From: Octopus sinensis
Lineage: Eukaryota
Length of the DNA: 64,000 nt
Reading direction: 5' to 3'
Assembly: GCF_006345805.1 (NCBI RefSeq)
Contig: NC_043001.1
Coordinates: 74,524,001 to 74,588,000 of the forward strand
This document shows positions 11,190-24,074 of this stretch, piece after piece (the stretch's first letter is position 1; each line of letters begins with the position of its first letter). The notes below the pieces were generated by a model. The model had not been told where the DNA came from, searched no databases, and worked only from the letters and a program-made list of their open reading frames with translations. The position numbers and the translations under genes are program-made.

Positions 11190-11608
11190 AAGATGGGATA
11201 CTACAGAGGTATGAAACTGTTAGATCAGGTTATGAAGGTTACAGAATGAGGTGTAGCACATTTGATAAGGAAGAAAATTAATCTAGATGTGATGGAATTT
11301 GGTTTTGTAATAGAAAGAAGTGCCACCAGTACCATTTTCCTAGTGAGATAACTGAAGAAGAATAAGCCCCAATATCTGGCTCTTGTTTATCAAGAGAAGA
11401 ACTTTAATAGGGTATCCTGCTCTATGATCTGATGGTTACTATGGAAGCCCGCAGTAGTTAAATGGCTTATGAAATCTCACAGAGGTGCGGTTAGTAAGGT
11501 AAGTGTTAGTGATAGGTCTGGTGATGAATCCAGTGTAAAGGTATCAGTGAACCAGAAAACGGTCCTCAGTCTCATTATGTTCCTCGAAACAATTCAAGAA
11601 GAGTTTAA
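11190..11608 (+). mobile_element. Fossil RTE reverse-transcriptase fragment
   Basis: Translates with stops as YRGMKLLDQVMKV...EFGF...SATSTIFLVR...KVSVNQKTVLSLIMFLETIQEEF, collinear with RTE RT (NYRGIKLL...QFGF...GVHQGSVLSP). Confidence 0.7.
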
Positions 11609-12691
11609 CCCTTTCGTTACTATATTTCTGACCAAAATACACCCCTCATGAGTTTCAATTAAATTCTAAAGTAATCATGAATCTAGGCTTGTTTCATTAA
11701 ATAACTGTAACCTTTTTACTTATCAACATATTAATGTGATATTTGGAACATAATTAAAGAAAGGGTTCTTAATCAATTCTATTGCATAACTTTTGTCTCA
11801 AAGTGACTTTAATTACAGGTAAATCCAGGTAAATTGAGCAAAAGGTAAAAATATTAAAATTTTAAAATGAGCAAAAGGTAAAAGTATTAAAATTTTGTTT
11901 AAACATCACCATAGAAAATGAATCATAAACTAATATTCAAATGGGTATGCAACAAAATTTTGATAAAGAAGAAATGTGCACATCACTATATCATCAGTTG
12001 AATTTAATGCACAACAGGTGTGGAATAAACTGAAATATTGGAATCCACCGTAAGTTTGACCGAACTAAAGAAATCGGTCAAAAAATAATATACGGCCCTG
12101 GTTATGGTATGGAAGTGATAAATTCCAGACCACATCGTTCCTTAGGCCATGCTGACTAACATTATTTTCCCTGTATAAAAACTAAATCCACACAGTACCC
12201 AGTATTTGCTTCACAAATTTTCCGAAATTTGAACCCCCATTTTGTGTTTGTTTACGTTCTGCGTAAGTTTGTTTCCGCATTGATCGCTTCAAACAATAAC
12301 TTCCAGACCACATCATACCCTAAGCCATGCTGACTAACATTAGTTTCCCTGTATAAAAACTAAATCCACAACAGTACCCAGTATTTGTTTCACAAATTTT
12401 CCAATTCGGAATCAATGCTTGATAACATGAAACTCCTATCTATTTTCAAAGTTGAAGAAAAATCGATGCCGAAAAAATCTCCCAAAATTCAGGGAATTAA
12501 AATTACACGTCGATCTTTGTACAAAACTGTAGTTGAACTGTTTACGAAGTATAATACGTGTTTGCACAAATGTACTAAAGAGATTTGCTCTGATATTCTC
12601 ATTTAAATATGAATAGGTAAATTCGGGCGCGTTTGGTCACATTAACCAAAATTTTTTTCGGGCGGCTTTGGGCGGTTTGGTAACGAAAGGG
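11609..12691. mobile_element. piggyBac-type non-autonomous DNA transposon
   Basis: 12-bp TIR CCCTTTCGTTAC / GTAACGAAAGGG with TTAA on both sides (11605-11608 and 12692-12695). No transposase ORF. Confidence 0.85.
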
Positions 12692-13041
12692 TTAAACTGT
12701 TGTAAAATAAACAAAAAAACTTCCTAACATAATGCTACATGTAACTTTAGATGCTTAGAACCTTCCTAAGTATCCTAGCTGTCCCTAATAACACTGTTTT
12801 CTAGAGCTGCCCTAAAGGTTTTATGCCTATTTCGTCTCCATCTTTAAGGGATTGTTCCTAATGCACCTATAACTACGGGAATATATTTTACCTGCACTTT
12901 CCATAATCTCTGTAACTCAATGGCAAGGTCCTGGTACTTTGCTGTATCTCTCATATTGACTTTCTTATCATCATCATTATTATTATAATAATTATACTAA
13001 TATCTCTATTTAGTTTTAATATTTGATTTTTCATTTTTCAG

Positions 13042-13533
13042 TTTGAATGGAGTAATTTTGGCTTATAAAGACCTCAAGTTGCTTAGTTCTGAAGGGAAAA
13101 TACAAGGAGATCGACCTTTTATTTATTTTAATATGAAGATTAGTTACATTGTGTTCCAGCCAAAAATTGGAAGTACTTTAACAGGTGTCATCAAAGAGAT
13201 TTATGCCAGCCATGTGGTGTGTGTTGTGCATGAACTTTTCAATGCTACTGTGATTAAATCTAGTGATGACGCTATGTGGGACATTAATGCATTTAGAGTT
13301 AGTTTTTTGATAGAGTTCACAGTTACGGAATTAAACTCAACTCCTAAATTATTCTCCATGAAAGGTAAACTAATTAAAATGATTGAGACAGACTCTCTTG
13401 TAAAACAAGATAAAAAGGCAAAGAAAAGACATAGGGATGTAGAATCTGAAGATGTATGTCCTGACAGTGAGAAGTTAAAAATCGAAAACCATGAAATGAA
13501 TGGCCACACACATGATGTTATCAATGACTGCAG
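13042..13533 (+). CDS. POLR1F: RPA43 exon 2
   Basis: TTTTTCAG acceptor; LNGVILAY...VFQPKIGSTLTGVI...SHVVCVVHELFNATV matches the RPA43 OB-fold; AG|GTAAGA donor at 13534. Confidence 0.92.
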
Positions 13534-14597
13534 GTAAGATAGTAATTTTATTTGTTTATGAATTTTGTCATATGAATGTCACTGTGTGTTTAATCCTTTT
13601 GTTTTCAAATTTTATTGAAATGTGCTACCTTTGTTTCAGTTAATTTTGAAAGCAATGAAAAATTCAGTAAAGTAACTTTGTCATGGTGGGCTGGCAGAAT
13701 CATTAGTACATCAGACAAAATGCTTAGTGGCATTTCTGGCCTAGTATCCACATTCAAAAGAATTAAGCTGGTGTTTGGAGCATATGGAAGGTTTTAATTT
13801 GATTCATTTTCAAATTGGAAGTTTGTATCTTAGGACCAAGTGTAGTCTCAGGCAGGAGTGGAGTTAGAACTTGATGAAATCTCCAGGTGGTTTAAATGCA
13901 CAAGTCTGATATCCAAGTGGCTAGAAAGTGTCATGACCAGGATGTGACCTGGCATTAGAATGTAAGAAGTTAAGGACCGAAACACTTGTATATGAGTTGG
14001 GTATTTCTTCTCTGAAGACCTACTCTTCTGAGTTTCTTACCACTCTATTGTCATCATTTTCTAATATGGCATTGGTTAGTGGAGTTACTACACAGCATGT
14101 TACTGCTTGTCTTCAGTCATGTATCATCTAACTGTGAAGTCCAATATCCAGAGATCTGACTTCACTTCTTCATGTCTTCTTCAGATAGATCGACAAACCA
14201 CATGTACCACTCCTTGTTCATTCATGTTACATCTGCATACTAAGGCAGTCATTTCTTCCTGCATACATTAAATGATGCTATTAATTTGTAGCCCCTCTCT
14301 TAGCTCACTTGTACACCTCTCGAGTAGGCTGACATTATAATAATGTGTTTGTCATATAAGATGACAGCCATTATATCACTTAGTCATACAGTCAGAATTT
14401 CCATGATCACAAATGAAGTAAAAAGATAAACTTTAATTCCTGATATGTATATCACAGGATTATTTGACAAATATCTTATTTCTGTAGTTCTTATAAAACA
14501 GAATTATCAAATATTATTGAAAGCTATAATTTAGATCTCTTTAAATTTTCAGCAGCTAATTTTAGATGTTTTCATTTATTTTTATTTTATTTTTCAG

Positions 14598-14652
14598 TCC
14601 TCCTGCAAAGAAAAAAAAGAAGAAAAAGAAAAAGGCGGATGAAGATAACTGA
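14598..14652 (+). CDS. POLR1F: RPA43 exon 3 (lysine-rich tail and stop)
   Basis: TTTTCAG acceptor; in phase it reads (S)PPAKKKKKKKKKADEDN*; AATAAA at 14819-14824. Confidence 0.8.
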
Positions 14653-14879
14653 TTTGATCTTTCATTGATTTGTTCAGCATTGACTCGAAAACGACTTCAA
14701 CACCAAACAAATTGTTTATTGTGTGGTGAATACGTCAAACACACTTTCAACATCCGCACAGATACTACAGATCCACATCACATTACAGAACTGATATCTC
14801 TTCATCTTTAGGAATGGAAATAAATTTTATATTTTCTAAATATTTAGTCATTGTAGTCATTAAGAAATAAGAATTGGGT

Positions 14880-15063
14880 AAAGGAAAATACAGGAGGATC
14901 AATTAATAATGATTTTATTCAATATATTCCTCTCTCAGATTCACACACTTATTGCAGTGGTTATTCAGTTTTTCTAAGCCCTGTAAAAGAACTGGGAAGG
15001 TTGGGCCTCCACTCTGGCATTTTACAATACCCTTAAAGCCAAGAACTTTTCAGCACCCCCTTG
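14880..15063. mobile_element. Mariner-type MITE (one end lost)
   Basis: Aligns with 36294-36479; right TIR AAGAACTTTTCAGCACCCCCTTG followed by TA. Confidence 0.65.
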
Positions 15064-15159
15064 TATTTTCTCTTCTCCTTTTCCAACTAGGGTAGTCCTA
15101 TATTTCCTCTACTGCAAGACACCTATTTCTATTCCTGTAAGATACTCTAACCTCTCATC

Positions 15160-16050
15160 ACTTGGCTAAAGCCAACTCCTTCAACTCAATATTACTGCCA
15201 CATCAGTTGAGGAGTGTTGTCACACTCAAGTGGTGTTTTTTAAGTGCCACCTGCACAGGAGCCAGTCCAGCGGCACTGGCAACGACTTCGCTCGCATGTT
15301 TTTCATGTGCCAGTAAGGCAACACTGGTAACGATCACGTTTGAATGATACTTTTTACGTACCACCGACACAGAAGCCAGTCAGTGATCACGCTCGGATGG
15401 TACTCTTAGCACTCCACTGGCATGGGTGCCAGTCATCGAATTTGATTTCGATTTCACTTGCCTCAACAGTTCTTCGCTAGCAGAGTTTAGTGTCCACTGA
15501 AGGAAAGGTGCACATAAGTGGGCTGGTTACACCCCTAGCATAGTCCACGGCTTATGGTCTCACTTGGCTTGTCGGGTCTTCTCACACACTGCATATTTCC
15601 AAAGGTCTCGGTCACTAGTCATTGCCTTGGTGAGGCCTAATGTTTGAAGGTCATGCTTCACCACCTCATCCCAGGTCTTTCTGGGTCTACCTCTTTCACA
15701 GGTTCCCTCAACCGCTAGGGTGTGGCACTTTTTCACACAGCTATCCTCATCCATTCTCGCCACATGACCATACCAGTGCAGTCGTCTCTCTTGCACACCA
15801 CATCTGATGCTTCTTAGGTCCAACTTTTCTCTCAGGGTACTTACACTCTGTCGAGTATGCATTCTGACATTACACATCCAGCAGAGAATACTGGCTTCAT
15901 TCCTAGCAAGCTTACGCATGTCCTCAGCAGTCACGACCCATGTTTCACCGCGGTTTAGCATAGCTGTTCGTACACATGCGTCATACAGTCTACCTTTTTG
16001 AGTGAGAGGCCCTTTGTCACCAGCAGAGGTAAGAGCCCTCTGAACTTTGC
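15160..16050 (-). mobile_element. RTE-clade LINE, 5'-truncated (ORF C-terminus + 3'UTR)
   Basis: KGRLYDACVRTAML..ETW...RRLHWYGHVARM...GRPRKTWDEVVKHDL, typical of the RTE ORF end; stop at 15560. Confidence 0.9.
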
Positions 16051-16365
16051 CCAGGCTTAGCACAACACTAACCAGCCAGCTTATAAAATCAAAAAAGCAA
16101 CTTGGCACCATGACTTTTGGAAACATTTTTTCTTGTGTGTGTACCCTTGTATTGACATCATTTGATGACTGAAAAATGAACATCACCATCATACAAGTAT
16201 TTGTGAAAACATGTCTAGGTATGGGGAAATATTACCTTGCTTGACAATAGAAAAGGCTTGTGGATGTAGAAAGATCTCCAGCAAGGTTTGTGTAAACTGC
16301 GTATAAATAGAAAGGTGAATAAATGATGGTGATGATGATAAAAATATATGTATGTATACATAAAT

Positions 16366-16757
16366 AGGCGTAGGAGTGGCTGTGTGGTAAATAGCTTGCT
16401 TACCAACCACATGGTTCTGGGTACATTCCTACTGTGTGGCACCTTGGGCAAGTGTCTTCTACTATAGCTTTGGGCCGACCAAAGCCTTGTGAGTGGATTT
16501 AGTAGACAGAAACTGAAAGAAGCCTGTCGTATATATGTATATATATATATATGTTTGTGTGTCTGTGTTTGTCACCCCAACATCGCTCGACAACCGATGG
16601 TGGGGTGCTTTCGTCCCTGTAACTTAGTGGTTCAGCAAAAGAGACCGATAGAATAAGTACTAGGCTTCCAAAGAATAAGTCCTGGGGTCGATTTGCTCGA
16701 CTAAAAGTGGTGCTCCAGCATGGCTACAGTCAAATGACTGAAACAAGTAAAAGAGAG
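16366..16757 (+). mobile_element. tRNA-derived SINE, family A
   Basis: Full-length copy matching 46964-47418. Confidence 0.85.
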
Positions 16758-17336
16758 TAGGTGTGTGTGTGCGCAAAATTTTTAATATTCTGTCACAATG
16801 TAAGCATAATGGTGCCAACATAGATATTCCGTGTTAATAAAACCAGTTCTGTGCTTTTGAATACCTGTGGAATATTAAAAATAAAAGAACAAAAATCCCA
16901 TACCTGAAAAAAAAAAAACAGGTGAGTGACAGGAAAGGCATCTTGCAGTAAAATCTTGCCCCAAAATCAATTCCCTATCTAAGTCAGAGAAATAGATGTT
17001 GAAATTGAAAGAATATACAAATGTAAGGGGATACATGGCTACCCACCCTATCTTCTACATTGTGAGTAGCCATATAACCCTTTCACAGCAAGAAGCCTAT
17101 TCTTCTCTAGCCCCTTCCCTCCTAGCATAAAGTCATCTCTCCTGAGGTTAATATTCTTGCAAGTTGCATGGTAACCTCACTAGTTCTAGTGGTAAGAAAA
17201 CAGTACCCAGTACAGATTGTAAAGTGGTTGGTGTTAGGAAGACATCATGAATAGTGAAAAACAGGCATCAAATAAAAACAAAAGTGATTTTAAGAATTGA
17301 TAAAATTATTTATTTAATCCCCTAAAAAAGCCAATA

Positions 17337-17608
17337 CTAGGAGATAGATAAATGTTTGAGTGATTCTGTTAAATCAGTACTATTTAAACTGGTACATTTA
17401 TCAACAAGTCGAAGTCTCTTGACTAATTCAGCAGGAATGCGGGAGTCCGTGGTCTGTATATTTGTAGTTTCAGGAAAGACATAGAGAATTACATTGACTT
17501 CAACTTCAATATTGGTCTGGTATATACTCTGAAACTCGGTCTTGATTTGATTTAAAGCTTCTTTACGTATCAGCTCATTGAACAATAGTGTATTTATGAC
17601 TAGGACAC
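17337..17608 (-). CDS. METTL13: METTL13 exon 13 (last coding exon)
   Basis: TTTCAG acceptor; (G)VLVINTLLFNELIRKEALNQIK...IEVEVNVILY...LSIS*; AATAAA near 17310. The 13 exons total 2031 nt (676 aa) with all phases consistent. Confidence 0.9.
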
Positions 17609-18271
17609 CTGAAAGAGAACATATCTAGAAATATAATTCTATTTTGCTTATATTAACAGTTACAACAAAAGAAGAGAGTAATTAAAGTTAGGTTATACTG
17701 TGTTTCAATTATTATAAGATTGACTTTTAATACTGTAATAAGTGTAGTAATACTGTAATGTGCTTAAGAAGCCTGCTTCCCAACCATGTAGTTTTCGGTT
17801 AAGTCCCACTGCACAACACCTTGTGCAAAAGTCTTCTACTGTGGCATTGGCCTAACCAAAACTTTGTGAATGGAAAACTGAAAGCAGCTTAGTGTGTGTT
17901 TGAGTGCATGTTTCTGTGTAACCTTGTTTTGGCATCATGGGATGGTTGTAAATGAGCATCAACATCACACAATTGATGTTGGTTTACAGTTTTCTCTGAA
18001 AAACTAGTCTGGTCATGGGAAATATAACTGTGCTTGAAAACAGGAAGAGCATCTGGCCATTGAAAATTTGCCTCAATGAATTACGTTTGAACCCTTGCAG
18101 ACATGGAAAAAGTGAATGTTAAAATGGTAATGATATATATATAGATACACATATTATGTGTATGTATATCTATATATAATTGTGTGTGTGTATGTATGAA
18201 GAAGAAAAGCTGTGAAAATGAAATTGAATAGAAGGTTGATAGCAAAGTTACAAAGGCTGTCTTCGGGTTAC

Positions 18272-18406
18272 CTTTTGGTGAAAGAAGCCGTTTCATGTGT
18301 TTCAAGTTGTCACTTTCAAGGAATGGTCTTGGAGGACACATCTGAGTAGGTGAATCCTCATTGGGATTCACGTCCAAAACAATCATATTATATGGAATAA
18401 TTTCAT
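18272..18406 (-). CDS. METTL13: METTL13 exon 12
   Basis: (D)EIIPYNMIVLDVNPNEDSPTQMCPPRPFLE...LLSPK(G); AG/GT boundaries. Confidence 0.88.
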
Positions 18407-18889
18407 CTGTAAAACGAAGTGGTTAATTTGATAAACACTAAATTCAAAATACAATTTCACAAAGTAGTGAACTAAATTTCAGGCAGTACTGAATTAATTT
18501 TTAGGGTGTACGGACCTCAATTTCTGAGAAGCTCTTTTCTTCATACTGCAATCTTTCACCACCCAGCATAAAGCTGCCCTTCTCTCTACTGTAGCCAAAT
18601 ACAATAAAAAGGAATCTTGGACAGGATGTATAATAACCCCAATAGTGCCACAAAAAAAAAAAAGCACCCAATGCACTTTGTAAAGTAGCTGGCATTAAGA
18701 AGCCATATAAACCGTGCTAAAGTAGACACAATTCTCAGGCACCCTGTCAAACTATCAGCATGGAAGAGAGGTGTTAGAAGATGAAGACAGTGATGGAGTA
18801 CTGCTCTAAATTTCAAGGAGATCAGAATTAAATAGGCAAACATAATTAGTTTATATTGACTTGAGACTAAAGTATTTCAGAAACAAAAC

Positions 18890-19160
18890 TAGCAGGTGAT
18901 GCTCACATCAACCAGTAAGGAATGGATTATGAAAACCATTGGAGTTTTTGAAGGCTTTTATTAAGGAGTAGCAGAAGAGAGTAAAACATCTTCTGAGACT
19001 GATGAAAATTAATGCAGCTGTTCAGTTAGAACATCTTTGACACACATTTTCAAGAAAAAATGTAGGTGAGAAGAGAATTCCAGAGAGTGGAAGATCCAAG
19101 GAGAAAGGACTGGGTGTGATGAGTAAATATCTAATGCATTGGTGTCAGACTTCAATGATG
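18890..19160 (-). mobile_element. Degraded CR1-like LINE 3' end
   Basis: The minus strand resembles the SFFPRTSxLWNSLP-type terminus also seen at 42620-43080. Confidence 0.4.
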
Positions 19161-19999
19161 CTCTTGTGAATTAGGACTTTCGTTATGAATATGTTCACTA
19201 CACTTATATTTCAGAAATCAGCTCTACTTCTGTTACAAATTTCATCACTATATCTCTCAAATAAGAAGATAAGGAAGAGGAACTGTTATAAGAAGGAAAG
19301 ATTTGGAATATTTAAAACGAAAGGCAACAATATGTTTTACCTAGAAAACATGTCAAGTATAACGATGAAACAATATATGATCACAAACATTCATACAAGT
19401 ACAGAGAGGTACACATGCAGACACAAGCATACACACACAAACAGGAAACAGAGGTACAAGTATGCTTCATCCTTTTGTTACCATACTCCTACAGAAAGAA
19501 ACTGCTTTTGTGTCAATATATATATAATAATAATAATAATAGTGATGATGATGATAATAATAATAATGATGATAATCATCATCATCATCATCATCGTTTA
19601 ACGTCCGTTCTCCATGCTAGCATGGGTTGGACGGTTCGTAAATAATGAAGAATTTAATAAAGTAACTTTGTTATTATCAAACTGGTATTTGGAGCATAAC
19701 ATGAAATTTTGATGGTAGATTAATTAATTAAATTCAGATCACTTTAAAAGAGGAAGTTTGTATCACTGAACAGGGGATGGTCTAAGGCAGATTGGTATCA
19801 AAATGGTTGACTGAGATAAAGATAACAAGCAGGCAGAGAGAGAGAGAGAATAATGTTAAATATCATGAGAGTTCTCCAATTGGCAAGACATAGACTGGAT
19901 CCACTGATGAAAACAAATACTAACTGGCCATCAAATATCCAATGGCAACTTTCAGATGCAACACAAACAAACAAAAATATAACAAAGTAAAAAACTGAC

Positions 20000-20135
20000 C
20001 TTGTTCAGCCCTTTGCTTCATGAAGTCCAGTCCATCTGCCACATAAGCCTTCATACGGGAATCTTCTTTGAAATCAAACCATTTAGTTGCTACTTTAACC
20101 ATTTCTGGGTCAATTTCAACAACATCAATAGTAGC
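20000..20135 (-). CDS. METTL13: METTL13 exon 11
   Basis: ATIDVVEIDPEMVKVATKWFDF...YVADGLDF; AG/GT boundaries. Confidence 0.92.
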
Positions 20136-22942
20136 CTTAAAACAATATAAAAAAATAAATGAATGAATTAATATATGTATGTATAACACACACATGCATA
20201 TAATAGAATAAAGGTGTAGACAGACAAACAACTGATATCAGGTCAAATTATGATATATCTTAAAACATTGACACAACTTGAAGGCAAAAATGAAAGTTAC
20301 AAGAGGTCACTAAAAGATCAGCTGAAGAACGTTCATAATGGCTGATAAATGCCGATATTCTCCCAAAATAGTTATAAGCCCATATTGATATCAGATAGTA
20401 GGTAAAGCTGGTCATTGTATGGAATAGAATGCTACTAAAATGCTGCCTGCTTGCAGGAAATTGCATTAACTGTAGATGTATTCCAGAAACAGCTGTAAGG
20501 GGCTATCTGCACATCTACCTCCTTCTCATCCAGCTTTAGATTCTACCTACAACGACCAGCTTTACCTACTATCTAATATCAACAATATGGACTTACCTTA
20601 TAACTATTCCAGGAGAATAACAGCATAAATCACAACCATTATGAACATTTCTCAGCAGATCTTTTATTGACTTCTTGTGATCTTGCAACATTCATTTCTA
20701 TCCTCAAATTTTGTCAATGTTTAAATATATAAATGTCAGTCTGACTTGGTATTAGTCGTTTGACTGTTTATATCTATAAATTTATGTCATCAGATGTGAT
20801 ATTACCTGAATTTTATACATGTATATTGTTGACATCACACACATACATTCTTTGACACCTGTCTCTGTTCCTCTGTACCTTTAATCTCTTAAATGGCATA
20901 AAGCCACCCCACCTCAGTTCAGGGGTTTTTGTCTTGCAAGGTACTTGGTGATCCAGTTGGTGATGGTGATGCAAAAAGCACTGGTGCTGGTACCATGTAA
21001 AAAGCACTTGGGCTGGTGCCATATAAAAACCACTGGTACTAATGCTACTTAAAAAGCACCCAGCACACCCTGGAAAGTGGTTGATGTTAGAAAGGGCATC
21101 CAGCTGTAGAAACCATGCCAAAGCAGTGAAACCTGATGTGGCTGCTGGCCCTGCTAACTCCTGTCAAACCGTCCAACCCATGCCAGCATGGAAAATGGAT
21201 GTTAAATGATGATGATGATGCCATCTGTCATTGAAAAATTTCTATGTAGATGCTTGACCTCGAAATAGCAGCCAAATCTTTATCAAATCACACTCAATCT
21301 TTTGAAAATATGAATGACATTAATCATAGCTTTTAGCTAAATATTTAGTCATCTTCAAAATGGTGGAATTTTGGATGGAACATGTTATAAGTTTGTAAGT
21401 AAGCAACTGAACACCATAAAACTATATAAAAAATATCAGCCATCAACAATAGGCAGTTCTCTCTTCAGCTAAGTCCAATATGTGATCCTAAAGGGTTTGT
21501 TTATAGTCATAAATTCAATCTTTCAGAAAGCCATTGAAGTCTATCCCCGAGAGCAAGGCACACAACTCTGCTAAGTTCATTTTTTTTTCCTGTCTGACAA
21601 CTAAGTCTACCCCAACTTTATTTATTTGAATGAACATTCATTTTTAAGGAAAGCATCTTGATCATGATAGAATTAAAAGCAAAATGCCCCTCTCCATGTA
21701 TTTATACATACACATAGATACAGGCATGGCAGTGAGGTAAGAAATTTGCTTCCCAAACACGTCTGTGGGTTCAGTTGCACTGTTTATCACCATGAGCAAG
21801 TATTTTCTACTATAGCTTGGGCTGACCAAAGCATTGAGTGGACTTGGTAGATAGAAACTGAAAGAAGCTTACAGTATATCATCATCGTTTAATATCCTCC
21901 TTTTATGCTGGCATGGGTTGGATGGTTTGACAGGAGCTGGCCAGGCAGAGGCCTGCACCACACTTCTGTGCCTGTTTTGGCATGTTTTTTTTATGGCTGG
22001 ATGACCTTTCTAGCATCAACCACTCTGCAGAGTGGGCTGAGTGCTTTTTATGTGGTACCAGCACAAGTGAGGTCAGTTTTGGCATGGTTTTTGCAGCTGG
22101 ATGCCCTTCCAAATGCCAACCACTTTACAGTGTGGACTGGCTTGCTTTGATACTGCGTATCATTTCCAATCTTCTATGAAAACATATCTGGTTATGAGGA
22201 AATATTACCTTACTTGGAAACAGATAAAGGTTGGAAATAGGAAGAGCATCCTGCTGTGGAAAATTTGTCTCAACAAATTTCTCCTGATCATGTAAGCATG
22301 GAAAAGTGAATATCAAAATGAGATGATGATAAACAAACCATATCTATCACTTGTAAGCAAGTATGACTATTAGCATGTTCCATGCTTTCACTAATTGCTT
22401 TAGGTATCTATTCAGTTGTGAGCAGATACAGGTACCCCTCACCACTCTAGGCTCTCCCACCCATGGCCCATTGGAATAATGAGATCTGTGATAGCTAGAG
22501 GGAGAGAGAGGGCTGCATTAGCAGTCAGGTGGAACTCATTTTCAGCTGAGTGTCATCATCTGACACAAATTCACCTTCACTAATGCCCCCTCCCCTCTCA
22601 GAATTCCTTATCTTGCAAGTTACTTGGCGAACCTGCCGGTGATGGTGCCACATAAAAAGCATCCAGTCCACAATGTGAAGTGGTTAGCATTTGGAAGGGC
22701 ATCCAGCTGTAAAAACGATGCCAAAACAGACACAGTAGCCTGGTGTAGTTTTCTACCTGTCTGGCTTCTGTCAAACTGTCCAACCCATGCCAGCATGGAA
22801 GACGGATGTTAAATGGTGATGGTGATGATGATGGTAAACAAGAGTAACATGACATGAAGATTACAGTGTGCTGCTCAGTCGATGAATCAAGCCCATGATC
22901 TTATGATTGTGAGCTCAATACTCCAAAGGCTTTGTGCATTAA

Positions 22943-23150
22943 CCCTTTCGTTACTGTATTTATTTTGAGATGTTCTGTGTTTCTTTCAATTACTTTAAAT
23001 ATAATAAAGAATTTTGTAAAATAACTTAGTTATCATTCGGCTAGTGTTAGGAACATAAATTTGGTGGAAGATTTTAATTCCAAACTTATGAAAATGAGAC
23101 ATTCGTACTCAGAGCCAGAACTGGTTTCAGCCAGGTTGGTAACAAAAGGG
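22943..23150. mobile_element. Short piggyBac-type MITE
   Basis: TTAA|CCCTTTCGTTAC ... GTAACAAAAGGG|TAAA; same TIR as the 11609-12691 element. Confidence 0.75.
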
Positions 23151-23183
23151 TAAATATATATGTAACTATGAAACGGTAGATAC

Positions 23184-23260
23184 CTTTTCAAAAACGTGAT
23201 GGATATAACTGGCCAACACTCCGCCTCCAAGTCCAATCATCAATACCCGAAATCCAGAAT
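23184..23260 (-). CDS. METTL13: METTL13 exon 10
   Basis: (Y)SGFRVLMIGLGGGVLASYIHHVFEK, SAM-binding motif I of the C-terminal methyltransferase; absent from the ORF track; AG/GT boundaries. Confidence 0.9.
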
Positions 23261-24074
23261 CTGTTCAAGAAATAAATTCAATGAAACTTAAGAGCTGTTT
23301 GGTTTTATTTGCATATTAATTCGAAACTAAATGTGTGTGTGTGGGCATGTATGTAAGCATGTATGTATATATATATATATATATATATATCTTTTACTTG
23401 CTTCAGTCATTAGACTGTGGCCATGCTGGAGTACTGCCCTGAAGAATTTTTAGCCAAATGAGTTGACCCCAGTGCTTATAATTTTTTAACCAGGTATGCT
23501 ATCAACCTCTTTTGCCAAACTGATAAGTTACAGGGATGTAAACACACAAATACTGGTTGTCAAGCAGTGGAGGAGTATAAACAAAGACACTCCCAACAGA
23601 TATATTATATATATATATAAAAATATATATGACAGGCTTCTTTCAGTTTCTATCATATATAAGTTATGAAGAAAACACATGTCTGTACGCGTTTTATAAA
23701 CAGTAACTAAAATTTGTAAAATAAAATAAGTGTGTGTGATAAAAGGTAAGATAAAATGATAATTCAAGAACACTTCAAAAGAAAAAAATAATTTAGGCTG
23801 GGGCTCCAGTATGGCTGCAGTCAAATGACCGAAACAAGTAAAAGAGTAAAAGAATAAAAAGGGATCTTCAACTTTTGTCCTACAAAAAAATTATTCTTTC
23901 GTTGAAAAAATAGTCCTGTACTCCAACATATATTTCATCAAAGGGCTCAACCCCAACAAGCAATTTACTATTTCTTACTTTATTTATTAACTAATACTAG
24001 AATATAAGGATAAAATCACGTTAACGATTTTTACCAGGTAGTCAGCATGCAATAAAAATTTATAATTATATCAA

